From an uncultured Ruminococcus sp. (lineage in GTDB: Bacteria; Bacillota; Clostridia; Oscillospirales; CAG-272): a DNA stretch of 64,000 nucleotides. The stretch is from contig CAZUPI010000002.1 in NCBI GenBank assembly GCA_964621755.1, forward strand, positions 4,442-68,441, in the 5' to 3' direction. A program made the translations under genes and the position numbers. Under the pieces are notes generated by a model. It worked only from the letters and a program-made list of their open reading frames with translations, searched no databases and was not told where the DNA came from. Position 1 is the first letter of the stretch. Every line of letters begins with the position of its first letter. Positions 31,024 to 39,682 of this stretch are shown here, piece by piece.

Positions 31024-31532
31024 CACGTCAGTGCGGTCAGCGTAAGGGCAAATTCAAGGGCGGCGCCCATTCCGCACGCCGTAACAAATTTACCGTCTAC
31101 TTCAACGCGGCCGCCGGTATAGTCCGCGCCGTCGAGATATTTTTCAAAGCCGGGGAAACAGGTTGCACGACGCCCGCGCAGCAGGCCGCGCTTGCCGGGA
31201 ATCATGGGAGCCGCACAAATCGCTGCAACATACGCCCCCTCCGACACAGCCCGGTCAAGGAAGCGCTCTACGAGTTCGGATTCATCGAGATTTTTTGCGC
31301 CTGGCATTCCACCGGGAAAGATAATCATATTGATTTTTTCCTCTTCCGCGAGCTTTGCCGCCTTTTTGGCGGTCAGGTCGGCATTCACTGTAATACCATG
31401 CGCGCCGTTTACCGCGGAATCTCCCGCTTTGATTGAAACGGTCTTCACATCAAGGCCCGCCCGACGAAGCACATCTATCGGGGTGAGAGCCTCAATTTCC
31501 TCAAAGCCATCTGCCAAAAACTCTATTATCAT
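30675..31532 (-). CDS. Chimeric ORF: a DJ-1/PfpI domain fused to the FtsK linker plus gamma (winged-helix) domain
   Basis: The N-terminal 170 aa are DJ-1-like (LADGFEEIEALTPIDVLRRAG, nucleophile elbow AAICAAP, GMGAALEFAL). From SEEVQKQIEQ onward the last 116 aa match the FtsK C-terminus except for one residue. The ATG at 31532 has a GAAGGTGA SD. Confidence 0.8.
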   Translation of the reverse strand: MIIEFLADGFEEIEALTPIDVLRRAGLDVKTVSIKAGDSAVNGAHGITVNADLTAKKAAKLAEEEKINMIIFPGGMPGAKNLDESELVERFLDRAVSEGAYVAAICAAPMIPGKRGLLRGRRATCFPGFEKYLDGADYTGGRVEVDGKFVTACGMGAALEFALTLTALTCSEEVQKQIEQETLKCGGGKKGASVSAGGAVQSDEDGENEDPMLKAAIELAVDSGKISTSLIQRKLSLGYGRAAKLIDAMENLGYVSGSEGQKPRRVLITKQQYMEMVLKDDAPFD

Positions 31533-31683
31533 AGTAATCACCTTCATACAAATGAATATTTATATTATCTGCATTATTATACCATTGTTACGCAAAAAAG
31601 CGGTTAACAATCCATAAACAATCTTACATTTTAATGGATTATTTACAATTTCATCCTCATTTTTCATGGGGCGTGCAAAGGAT

Positions 31684-32355
31684 TTACATTAGGTCTGCGA
31701 CGACTGCGCGAATCTTCTCCGCGATTTTTTTCCGCGAATACGGTTCCGTGCCATCGTCGTCCGCGCACTTTACTACCGTCCATCCGCACTTATCTGCCAC
31801 ATACATGGCAGCCTCGCGGCACCGGTGAAGATATCCGACATCTTTCTCATGGATATCGAGCTTTGCTCCCGTCTCCTCGCTGCGCTTTTGCACCATGGCG
31901 TCGGACACCGTGTCCGGCATATCGAGCAGAATCACGCGGTCCGGTGACGGAAGCCCGAGTTTTTCAAATTCAAAATCCCACAGCCACGTGAGAAAACCGT
32001 CCCACTGCTCCCGCGGCAGCTTCGAAATCTGGTGATAAGCGTTCGCAGTGGTATATCGGTTTGCGATAAGGTAAGTATCGGAGTTGAGGTAATCCGCCCT
32101 CCACTGCGTCACGTAGCTGACATAGCGGTCTGCGGCGAAAAACATAGAGGCGGCATACGCATTCGTGTCGTCCGGATGTTCCCCAAGCTCTCCGCGCAGA
32201 TACAGCTCGACAAGGGCTGCTCCTGCGCTCCCGTAGCTTGGGAAATCAATCACACGTACCCTTTTGCCGGCTCTCTCCAGAAATTCGCGCAGATACAGTA
32301 TCTGCGTTCCTTTTCCGGAACCGTCGAGTCCCTCCAGTACAATAAATTTACTCAT
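31684..32355 (-). CDS. tmk: Thymidylate kinase
   Basis: The N-terminus is MSKFIVLEGLDGSGKGTQ (P-loop). The SD GGAAGTGA lies 5 nt upstream of the ATG at 32355. The track's upstream extension begins at a TTG inside the ftsK stop region. Confidence 0.93.
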   Translation of the reverse strand: MSKFIVLEGLDGSGKGTQILYLREFLERAGKRVRVIDFPSYGSAGAALVELYLRGELGEHPDDTNAYAASMFFAADRYVSYVTQWRADYLNSDTYLIANRYTTANAYHQISKLPREQWDGFLTWLWDFEFEKLGLPSPDRVILLDMPDTVSDAMVQKRSEETGAKLDIHEKDVGYLHRCREAAMYVADKCGWTVVKCADDDGTEPYSRKKIAEKIRAVVADLM

Positions 32356-32730
32356 AATGTTCACTTCCGGGATAAATTTTCTCAATCAAACGGCGCGTCG
32401 TCTTTGAGCACCATCTCCATATATTGCTGCTTTGTTATCAGCACTCTGCGCGGCTTCTGACCTTCCGATCCGCTGACATAGCCGAGGTTTTCCATTGCGT
32501 CTATCAATTTTGCCGCACGTCCGTAGCCGAGGGACAGTTTGCGCTGTATTAGGGATGTCGATATTTTTCCGCTGTCGACCGCAAGCTCTATGGCAGCCTT
32601 CAGCATGGGGTCTTCGTTTTCTCCATCCTCGTCAGACTGCACAGCGCCTCCGGCAGACACAGACGCGCCCTTCTTCCCTCCCCCGCATTTCAGCGCTTCC
32701 TGCTCAATTTGCTTCTGCACTTCCTCGGAA
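32344..32730. repeat. 387-bp direct repeat, copy 2 (native ftsK 3' end / tmk start junction)
   Basis: See copy 1. Here both flanks continue into sequence that is family-typical for FtsK and Tmk. Confidence 0.9.
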
Positions 32731-35489
32731 TACGTTCCGTCGACGGGGTTCATATTTTTGATGTACGACACCACTTCTTCCACATCCTCTTCCGACACAA
32801 ACGCGCCCTGCACGCGCACCGGCGTCATTGCGCCGACCGGGGAGAACAGCATGTCGCCTCGACCAATGAGGGTCTCTGCACCAACTTTATCGAGAATAAC
32901 GCGCGAGTCGACCTGCGAGGACACGGCAAACGCGATTCTCGACGGAATGTTCGCTTTGATAAGACCGGTGATGACGTTTACCGACGGTCTTTGCGTACCG
33001 ATGATAAGGTGCATTCCCGCCGCTCTTGCCTTCTGCGCGATACGGCAGATGGAATCCTCCACCTCGTCCGGCGCTGTCATCATGAAGTCCGCCAACTCGT
33101 CGATGATGATCACAATTCGATTCATGAATTCGTAGTCGGGGTCGTCCTTCGTCACTTTGTTGTATGCTGTGATGTCACGTACTCCCACCGCCTCAATCAG
33201 TCCGAACCGCCGCTCCATTTCGCTGACTGCCCACGATAGGGAGCCCGCCGCCTTCTTCGGGTCACTGATGACCGGAGACAGGAGATGCGGGATGCCGTTG
33301 TAGATGTTCAGCTCGACCTTCTTCGGGTCGATGAGTATCATCTTCACGTCGTCCGGCGACGCTTTATAAAGCAGGCTCGTGATAATCGAGTTGATGCAGA
33401 CCGATTTACCGGAACCGGTCGTACCGGCAATCAGAAGATGCGGCATTTTGGCAATGTCGAAATACACGGCTTCTCCCGCCACGTCCTCTCCGAGACATAC
33501 GGTCAGCTTGCTTTTCGCGTTCACAAATCGGTCGTCACAGATAAGGGTTCTAAGGTGTACCGTCGCTTGATTTTTGTTCGGGACCTCAATGCCGACTGCG
33601 GATTTCCCCGGAATCGGCGCTTCAATACGAACGCCCTTCGTCGCCAGATTCAGCGCGATGTCGTCGACAAGGCTGGTAATGGAACGAACACGCGTCCCGG
33701 GTTCAGGGAACAATTCATACCGAGTAATGGTCGGACCGCGGGAAATATCCTCGATTTTGGTTTTTACATTAAAGCTCTTGAGCGTTTCCACCAGCTTTAC
33801 TGCATTGTCCTGAAGTTCATCCTTGATATCCTCGTCGTTGTTTGAGGTATCCTCGGTCAAAAGTTCGACCGGCGGGAACTTGTAGTCCGGCGCAGCTGCC
33901 TTGACCTTCGCGCTCTCATGATTTTCCGCTGTTGAGATTGCCCCGCGTTTCACTTCAAGGCTGGTTGAGACGTTCTGCTTATACGCCTCCGACAGCTTGT
34001 CAAGAAGCTCCGCATCCTCGGGATTGACGAAGATGTTCGACACGTCGTACTCCCCATCATCCGACACACCCGACACCGAGGCCGCGAGACGAACCGTATC
34101 TGTGGTATCCGCGTTCTCTTTGGATTTGGAATGGATTTCCATTGCCGCAACTTCTACCGCATCAAGCACATCGCCGCCCGTGATTTCGGTTTCGGAACCA
34201 TCGGCGTCTGTAAAGTCCTCCGCGTCCTCATTCTGGGGATTCTCCTCCAGCACTTCTCCTGTCTCAGTGTCCACCACAACGGATTGCCTGTGTATCGTTT
34301 TGGGGAGGGGCTGCGGCTCGGCGGTCTCACGGATTCCCTCTGTTTTACGGCTTTTCTCGATTCTCTCACGTGTACGGCGCATCACTTCGTCGAAAATTTT
34401 CTCGTCGACCGCTCCTGTGTCCACTTTCGTATCGGTAAGAGCCTCTTTTACCTTTGCCTCGTCGACTGCGTCGTCAGACTCCATCAGTACCGTGCCTCCC
34501 GCAACGACTGTTTCCTCATATTGGTTTCTCGCCGCAGTGTCCTCGACAGGATGCGCGTTTTGCTGCTCGTCATCCGTGGGGATTTCGATGTCTGCCGCGC
34601 TGCGCTTCTTCACCCGGTATATCGTTCCCTGCGGCGATGGGTTCTGGGGAACTATGGGCGTTATCGGCGTAAGCTGATTTTCCGCAGCCGGCAATTCAAC
34701 CGGGTATGCCGGTGTCTCCCGCTGGCGCCTTCTCTTTTCGCGCAAGTACTCAAGGTATTCTTCTTCGCGCACCTTCTGCCGTTCGCGCCGTGCGGGATTC
34801 TGTCTCTCCATCATTCGCTCATCCATGCGCTGACGGCGGTTGTCAATCGCAACCTTAATTTTGTATGCAATATAAATAAACACACCTCTGGGTGTCATCC
34901 CCGCCACATAGAGCACAAGGAGCGCTATTGCGGCAAAGAGGAGGATGAGCGAGCAGATTTTTCCGAATCCGCGGAGAAGCAGCTCGCCGAGGAGTCCGCC
35001 GATGACCCCGCCGCCCACGAAGATTTTTCCGTCGTCAAAGTGCGCGGCAGCGGACAAAGTAGCTTCTCCCCCACCGAGGATATGCAGAAGCATTGCGAGT
35101 AGGATAAAAATAATTCCCATACATGAGGTTCGCCCGACGAACGCACCGTCCTCCATATCCCGCCGCCACGTAATCGCGCGGATAAGGATAAGTATGGGGA
35201 GCACATACGCAGCTCCCGCGAACAGTCCTGCGAGAACATCGCGGATTCCGCCGCCGATTTTACCTTCCCCGGCAATGATGCAGACGGCGAGCAAGAGCGC
35301 GCACAGTGCGACTATGTATGGTGTCAGCTGATAGACAAACCCCTCCTCACGAGGGGTATCTGTACGAGCCTCAGCGGATTTTTTTGAAGTCTGCTTTTTG
35401 GTCTCAGCAGATTTTGCGGATGCAGATTTAGATTTTGACGTTGTTTTGGCTTTTGTTCCGGAGCTTTTCGTATTCTTCGTTTGCGCCAT
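32382..35489 (-). CDS. ftsK: DNA translocase FtsK/SpoIIIE
   Basis: 1035 aa. It has 4 N-terminal TM helices, a long acidic linker, a motor domain with Walker A (GTTGSGKSV) and Walker B (IVIIIDELAD), and a C-terminal gamma domain (ISTSLIQRKLSLGYGRAAKLID). Confidence 0.95.
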   Translation of the reverse strand: MAQTKNTKSSGTKAKTTSKSKSASAKSAETKKQTSKKSAEARTDTPREEGFVYQLTPYIVALCALLLAVCIIAGEGKIGGGIRDVLAGLFAGAAYVLPILILIRAITWRRDMEDGAFVGRTSCMGIIFILLAMLLHILGGGEATLSAAAHFDDGKIFVGGGVIGGLLGELLLRGFGKICSLILLFAAIALLVLYVAGMTPRGVFIYIAYKIKVAIDNRRQRMDERMMERQNPARRERQKVREEEYLEYLREKRRRQRETPAYPVELPAAENQLTPITPIVPQNPSPQGTIYRVKKRSAADIEIPTDDEQQNAHPVEDTAARNQYEETVVAGGTVLMESDDAVDEAKVKEALTDTKVDTGAVDEKIFDEVMRRTRERIEKSRKTEGIRETAEPQPLPKTIHRQSVVVDTETGEVLEENPQNEDAEDFTDADGSETEITGGDVLDAVEVAAMEIHSKSKENADTTDTVRLAASVSGVSDDGEYDVSNIFVNPEDAELLDKLSEAYKQNVSTSLEVKRGAISTAENHESAKVKAAAPDYKFPPVELLTEDTSNNDEDIKDELQDNAVKLVETLKSFNVKTKIEDISRGPTITRYELFPEPGTRVRSITSLVDDIALNLATKGVRIEAPIPGKSAVGIEVPNKNQATVHLRTLICDDRFVNAKSKLTVCLGEDVAGEAVYFDIAKMPHLLIAGTTGSGKSVCINSIITSLLYKASPDDVKMILIDPKKVELNIYNGIPHLLSPVISDPKKAAGSLSWAVSEMERRFGLIEAVGVRDITAYNKVTKDDPDYEFMNRIVIIIDELADFMMTAPDEVEDSICRIAQKARAAGMHLIIGTQRPSVNVITGLIKANIPSRIAFAVSSQVDSRVILDKVGAETLIGRGDMLFSPVGAMTPVRVQGAFVSEEDVEEVVSYIKNMNPVDGTYSEEVQKQIEQEALKCGGGKKGASVSAGGAVQSDEDGENEDPMLKAAIELAVDSGKISTSLIQRKLSLGYGRAAKLIDAMENLGYVSGSEGQKPRRVLITKQQYMEMVLKDDAPFD

Positions 35490-35695
35490 AATTCTCCCCT
35501 TCCGGACTTTTTATTATAAGTGAGTTTACCGTGGACTCAAGGTTTATGGAATCTCCCGCTGTACTCACGTGATTTTCATATTTTTCCCTGACGATATAAC
35601 GCCACTATATATTTTACCATGACAAGGGAAAAAATACAAGGTTTATTTTCGGTGAATAATATGGGAAAAAATCAACAAATTAATTTATAAATATT

Positions 35696-36118
35696 GTGAT
35701 AATGAGAGAGATGGCAAAATTTTGTATGAAAATGAAATTTTTTCCAAAAGATGCGGCAGTATTCCTTCTTGTGACCCTTCTATCGGCATGTGCGGGCTTT
35801 CTGAATGGAATCATCGGAGTCGGCGGCGGCATGTTGTTCATGCTGATTCCCGGCCTTGTGAGGCACGATTGTGATGCAAAAGAAATTTTCGCGTTCGCGA
35901 TGGCGTGTGTTATTCCAATCTCAGCGGTCTCCCTTCTGTTTTACCGCGGCGTCGGAGCTGTTGACAGTGTTCCCATGCTTTTGTCGATTCTCGCCCCCTC
36001 TATTCTTGGCGGTGCGGCAGGCGCTATGTTGTGCGATAAAATAAAATCGAAGTGGCTGAACATCGCCTTTGCGGTTCTGACCATTTACTCGGGCGCTTCC
36101 ATGATATTTAGGAGATAA
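35696..36118 (+). CDS. TSUP (TauE/SafE, DUF81) family transporter, N-terminal half-size subunit
   Basis: About 4 TM helices and the motif GIIGVGGGMLFML. The start codon is ambiguous: GTG at 35696, or an ATG at 35702, 35711 or 35726. Confidence 0.7.
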   Translation: MIMREMAKFCMKMKFFPKDAAVFLLVTLLSACAGFLNGIIGVGGGMLFMLIPGLVRHDCDAKEIFAFAMACVIPISAVSLLFYRGVGAVDSVPMLLSILAPSILGGAAGAMLCDKIKSKWLNIAFAVLTIYSGASMIFRR

Positions 36119-36122
36119 GCCA

Positions 36123-36494
36123 ATGAAAATCTGGGATATTATCATTCTGTTTCTTCTGTCTGCGGTTGCGGGAACGGGAATCGGCGGCGGCGGACTGTTT
36201 GTGGTCTATCTGGTGGCCATTGCGGACTATCCTCAAAATGCGGCGCAGGCCATCAACCTTCTGTCCTTTCTGTTTGCGGCTGGTGTGTCCACATGGATAC
36301 GTCTGAAAAGAAGCGGCGGACGCTCGGATATCCCCGCCGTTCTCTATTGTTCCGCGGTTGCCCTTCCGGGTGTGTATCTTGGAAGTCTGACACGGCAGGC
36401 CATGGAGGAAAGCATCCTGCGCATGGTATTTGGCGGAATCCTATGTGCTGTCGGAACGATTGTCCTGATTCGCGGATTCAAAAAAAAATCATAA
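36123..36494 (+). CDS. TSUP (TauE/SafE, DUF81) family transporter, C-terminal half-size subunit
   Basis: 123 aa, about 4 TM helices, motif GTGIGGGGLFVVYL. The SD GGAGA is embedded in the end of the upstream gene, with a 4-nt gap. Confidence 0.7.
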   Translation: MKIWDIIILFLLSAVAGTGIGGGGLFVVYLVAIADYPQNAAQAINLLSFLFAAGVSTWIRLKRSGGRSDIPAVLYCSAVALPGVYLGSLTRQAMEESILRMVFGGILCAVGTIVLIRGFKKKS

Positions 36495-36502
36495 CATTTT
36501 TA

Positions 36503-36530
36503 TTGACATTCCTAAAAGATATGATATAAT
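36503..36530 (+). promoter_or_regulatory. Strong sigma-A-type promoter with an extended -10
   Basis: TTGACA (36503-36508), a 16-nt spacer ending in TGa, then TATAAT (36525-36530). It lies about 120 nt upstream of the ATG at 36650. Confidence 0.55.
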
Positions 36531-36649
36531 ATAAAAAGAATAATTTTGTCGATATTTCATCCCTGTGAGTTCTCCCGAGCGCATAGGAGAATTTTATAAA
36601 ACGATAAAAAACATTTTTTTCGTCCTCCCGACGGGAAAGTGAGGTAAAT

Positions 36650-37870
36650 ATGGAAAAATATAGAGTTGGCGTCGTTGGACTTGGCGGCCGCGGTATGGGT
36701 CATATACACGGCATCATGACTGAGCGCGACGACGTAATTGTTACCGCAGTCTGTGACGTATACGAAGACCGTATCGCGAACGCACAAAAGCTGTGTAAGG
36801 AAAAGAAGGATTGGGACGTTTTCGGCACGACCGATTATCGTGCTCTCATCGAGCGTGACGACGTTGACGTAGTATTCGCGTTCTCCGCATGGGAAAATCA
36901 CATTCCGGTTGCCCTGTACGCCATGAACTGTGGCAAACAGGTTGCGATTGAAGTAGGCGGCGCGTATTCTCTCGACGACTGCTGGTCCCTTGTCAATACA
37001 TACGAACGCACCGGCATCCACTGCATGATGCTGGAAAATTGCTGCTATGACCGCAACGAAATGATGGTCATGCGCATGGTCCGCGAAGGCGTCTTCGGCA
37101 GAATCGTACACTGCGAGGGCGGCTATCAGCATGACCTCCGTGAAGAAATCAGCCTCGGTGCAGAAAACCGCCATTATAGACTCCGCAACTACCAGAACCG
37201 CAACTGCGAAAACTATCCGACTCACGAGTTGGGTCCGATTGCAAAGATTCTCGACATCAACCGCGGAAACCGCATGCTCTGCCTGTCTTCGATGGCGTCC
37301 GGCGCGTTCGGTCTGAACGACTACGCACACAAGAAGGAGAACGTTAATTCGGAGCTGCAAACTTACCGTTTTGCACAGGGCGATGTAGTAAAGACGAACA
37401 TCAAGTGTGCAAACGGCGAGCTGATTACGCTCACCCTTGACACAACCCTCCCGCGCAATTACTCGAGAAACTTCACCGTCCGCGGTACAAACGGCTATTT
37501 CAGCGAGACTTGCAACGCCGTTTACCTTGAGAACGTACACGGTGAATGGGCTCGTAACTTCTACAACAACGTAAAAGAGTATCGCGAAAAGTATGAGCAT
37601 CCGGTATGGCGCAAATTTGAGGTAGAAGGTGTAAAGGGCGGTCACGGCGGCATGGACTGGCTGGTCTTCGACGGCTACTTTGAAGCGCTCCACAACGGCG
37701 ATGTTCCCCCGATTGACACCTATGATACCGCTGCATGGATGTCCATCACACCCCTCTCCGAAATCTCCATTCGGAACAACGGTCAGTCCGTCGACATTCC
37801 GGACTTTACCCGCGGCATGTGGACGCACCGCCCCGACAAGAATCACGGCTTCTATGCATTGGATAAATAA
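36650..37870 (+). CDS. Gfo/Idh/MocA-family NAD-dependent oxidoreductase, GH109-like
   Basis: 406 aa. The Rossmann N-terminus is YRVGVVGLGGRGMGHI and the internal motif is ENYPTHELGPIAKIL. No signal peptide is present. The long antisense ORF is a shadow. Confidence 0.8.
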   Translation: MEKYRVGVVGLGGRGMGHIHGIMTERDDVIVTAVCDVYEDRIANAQKLCKEKKDWDVFGTTDYRALIERDDVDVVFAFSAWENHIPVALYAMNCGKQVAIEVGGAYSLDDCWSLVNTYERTGIHCMMLENCCYDRNEMMVMRMVREGVFGRIVHCEGGYQHDLREEISLGAENRHYRLRNYQNRNCENYPTHELGPIAKILDINRGNRMLCLSSMASGAFGLNDYAHKKENVNSELQTYRFAQGDVVKTNIKCANGELITLTLDTTLPRNYSRNFTVRGTNGYFSETCNAVYLENVHGEWARNFYNNVKEYREKYEHPVWRKFEVEGVKGGHGGMDWLVFDGYFEALHNGDVPPIDTYDTAAWMSITPLSEISIRNNGQSVDIPDFTRGMWTHRPDKNHGFYALDK

Positions 37871-37890
37871 TATCAATTTAAATAAAAAAT

Positions 37891-37965
37891 CGGAGAGGAC
37901 CTTTTACAGGAAAAGGTCCTCTCCGAACCCCTCTCCAAAACTTTTTTGAGCCGGAGGGGGATTTT
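37891..37965 (+). repeat. Hairpin plus C-rich tail plus G-rich box element (full-length, sequence-variant copy) between convergent genes, probable bidirectional terminator
   Basis: CGGAGAGGACCTTTTACAGGAAAAGGTCCTCTCCG, then AACCCCTCTCCAAAACTTTTTT, then GAGCCGGAGGGGGATTTTT. It is colinear with 27328-27400. Confidence 0.65.
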
Positions 37966-37971
37966 TATTTT

Positions 37972-38856
37972 TTATTTTTGGGGGATTGGAGCTCTGCTGC
38001 GTTGTTTGATACGGATTTTGGAGACAATTTCTGTGACCGCGCAGACTGCGGCAAAGCATATCAGTTCTGCCGTGACAACCGCCGCGCCGGTCTGGAGAGA
38101 AAAGCGGCAGGCCGTGAAGAATCCGGCGATAAAGCAGACGACCGATATCCCCGCCGACAGCCAAAGAGTCGCACCGAAGCTCTTTGTCAGCCGCATCGCG
38201 GTAAGCGCCGGAAAAATGATTAGGGCAGAAATCATGATCGACCCCATCATCTTCATTCCGACCACGATGGTAATCCCCGTCAGCACTGCTAGGACAACGC
38301 CGAACAAGTTGGTGCGAACCCCCGCTGCCCCGGCGAAAGTTTCGTCGAAGGTCACCGCAAATATCGTCTTGCGGCATACGAGGAACCATCCAAGCACCAC
38401 CGCCGACAGCACAATCGAAATTACCATATCCTTGTCCGATATCGTTACTACCGAGGCGGAGCCAAACAGGGAGTTGCAGATATCGCCGCTCCGGCCGCCC
38501 GTAAAGTTGTACATCAGCGTTCCGACCGCGACCGCCCCCGTTGAAACTACCGCACAGGCAGCGTCCCCATTCATTCGTCCCTCATTTTTTGATAACCGGA
38601 GAATCAATACCGCCGCAAGAATGACAATCGGAACGGACACTTCCATGGAATATGATGCCCCTACTCCCGCGCAAGTGGACAGTGCCAGTGCAAAAAATCC
38701 GACATGGGACAGGCCATCCCCAATCATTGAATACCGCTTCAAAACCAGGCTCACCCCGAGAACCGACGAGCAAAGAGATACCAGCACGCCAACAACCAGC
38801 GCCCGCAAAATCACGCGCATTAAAAACTCCGACGCAAACATCTCAGCAAATGTCAT
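37972..38856 (-). CDS. znuB: Metal (Zn/Mn-type) ABC transporter permease, ABC-3 family
   Basis: 294 aa, polytopic, with the motif KRYSMIGDGLSHVGF. Metal specificity is inferred from the adjacent Fur-family regulator only. Confidence 0.8.
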   Translation of the reverse strand: MTFAEMFASEFLMRVILRALVVGVLVSLCSSVLGVSLVLKRYSMIGDGLSHVGFFALALSTCAGVGASYSMEVSVPIVILAAVLILRLSKNEGRMNGDAACAVVSTGAVAVGTLMYNFTGGRSGDICNSLFGSASVVTISDKDMVISIVLSAVVLGWFLVCRKTIFAVTFDETFAGAAGVRTNLFGVVLAVLTGITIVVGMKMMGSIMISALIIFPALTAMRLTKSFGATLWLSAGISVVCFIAGFFTACRFSLQTGAAVVTAELICFAAVCAVTEIVSKIRIKQRSRAPIPQK

Positions 38857-38926
38857 AATGTTGTCACTCCATATTTTGTGAATTTATCCATAAAAACGAC
38901 CGCAACGTACAGCCATTCTGTGCTCG

Positions 38927-39649
38927 TCAGGAATTGTGCATCTTTTCATCCGTTTCATCGTCCAAACGTTCGTGGGCGGTGTACTCCTCGACCGTACCGT
39001 AAAAGGAATGCCCGCGGCACATGGACAAAACGTGTCCCGCCTCATGCAGAGCACAGCCGACGTCATGCGAGACCATCATGATAGCAAGACCGCGCTCGCG
39101 GTTGAGCATCCGCACTGCATGATACATTTCATGTGCGGCTTCCGGGTCGAGCCCGTTCATCGGTTCATCCAGCAGAAGGAGAAGGTCCGACGCACACATC
39201 GCACGCGCCAGAAGCACGCGCTGTCTCTGACCGCCGGAAAGCTCGCCGAAGCATTTGTCCGCAAGCGCATCGACGTGCAGAAGTTTCATATATTCCGCGG
39301 CGCGTTTTTTGGACTTGCGCTTCCAGAATAATCCGGTGTTATCGCGTCTGACGCATCCTGACACCACGACCTCACGCACCGACGCCGGAAAGTCGCGCTG
39401 TATCTTTGACTGCTGAGGCAGGTAGCCAATCCCCGCGCGTCTCAGTTCCGGCGATATCATCAATCTCCCCGCTACGGGTTTGATTTCTCCCGTCACGGCA
39501 CGCAACAGGGTACTCTTGCCGGACCCGTTCTCGCCAACCACACACAAATAGTCGCCGCGCGCCAGCGTAAAGCTCACGTTCTCCGCAGCGGTGTGTCCGT
39601 CAAACGCAAGCGTGATATTTTGAGCTGTTATCAAATTACTCAAAGCCAT
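38927..39649 (-). CDS. znuC: Metal ABC transporter ATP-binding protein
   Basis: 240 aa. Walker A is GENGSGKST, the signature is LSGGQRQR and Walker B is LLLLDEP. Confidence 0.88.
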   Translation of the reverse strand: MALSNLITAQNITLAFDGHTAAENVSFTLARGDYLCVVGENGSGKSTLLRAVTGEIKPVAGRLMISPELRRAGIGYLPQQSKIQRDFPASVREVVVSGCVRRDNTGLFWKRKSKKRAAEYMKLLHVDALADKCFGELSGGQRQRVLLARAMCASDLLLLLDEPMNGLDPEAAHEMYHAVRMLNRERGLAIMMVSHDVGCALHEAGHVLSMCRGHSFYGTVEEYTAHERLDDETDEKMHNS

Positions 39650-39682
39650 TTTCTCCTTTGCCTTTTACAAAGCGGATAAAGT

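Noticed and set aside
34131-35102. Long plus-strand ORFs (34131-35102 and 33997-34677) inside ftsK, and similar ones inside murE (15054-15962) and the DUF58 gene (1229-1927, 1507-2145).
   Set aside because: All lie opposite or out of frame to genes with unambiguous family motifs, so I treat them as non-coding shadows.
36557-37876. A 439-aa ORF antisense to the Gfo/Idh/MocA gene.
   Set aside because: It is a mirror ORF of a clearly recognisable plus-strand gene (Rossmann N-terminus, SD, promoter). Its own translation is Val/Ala/Cys-rich with no motif or RBS.
37946-38881. A 311-aa plus-strand ORF covering the same span as the metal ABC permease.
   Set aside because: The minus-strand product has the ABC-3 family sequence (KRYSMIGDGLSHVGF) and fits the operon. 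The plus-strand product is Thr/Ala/Pro-rich with no recognisable fold.
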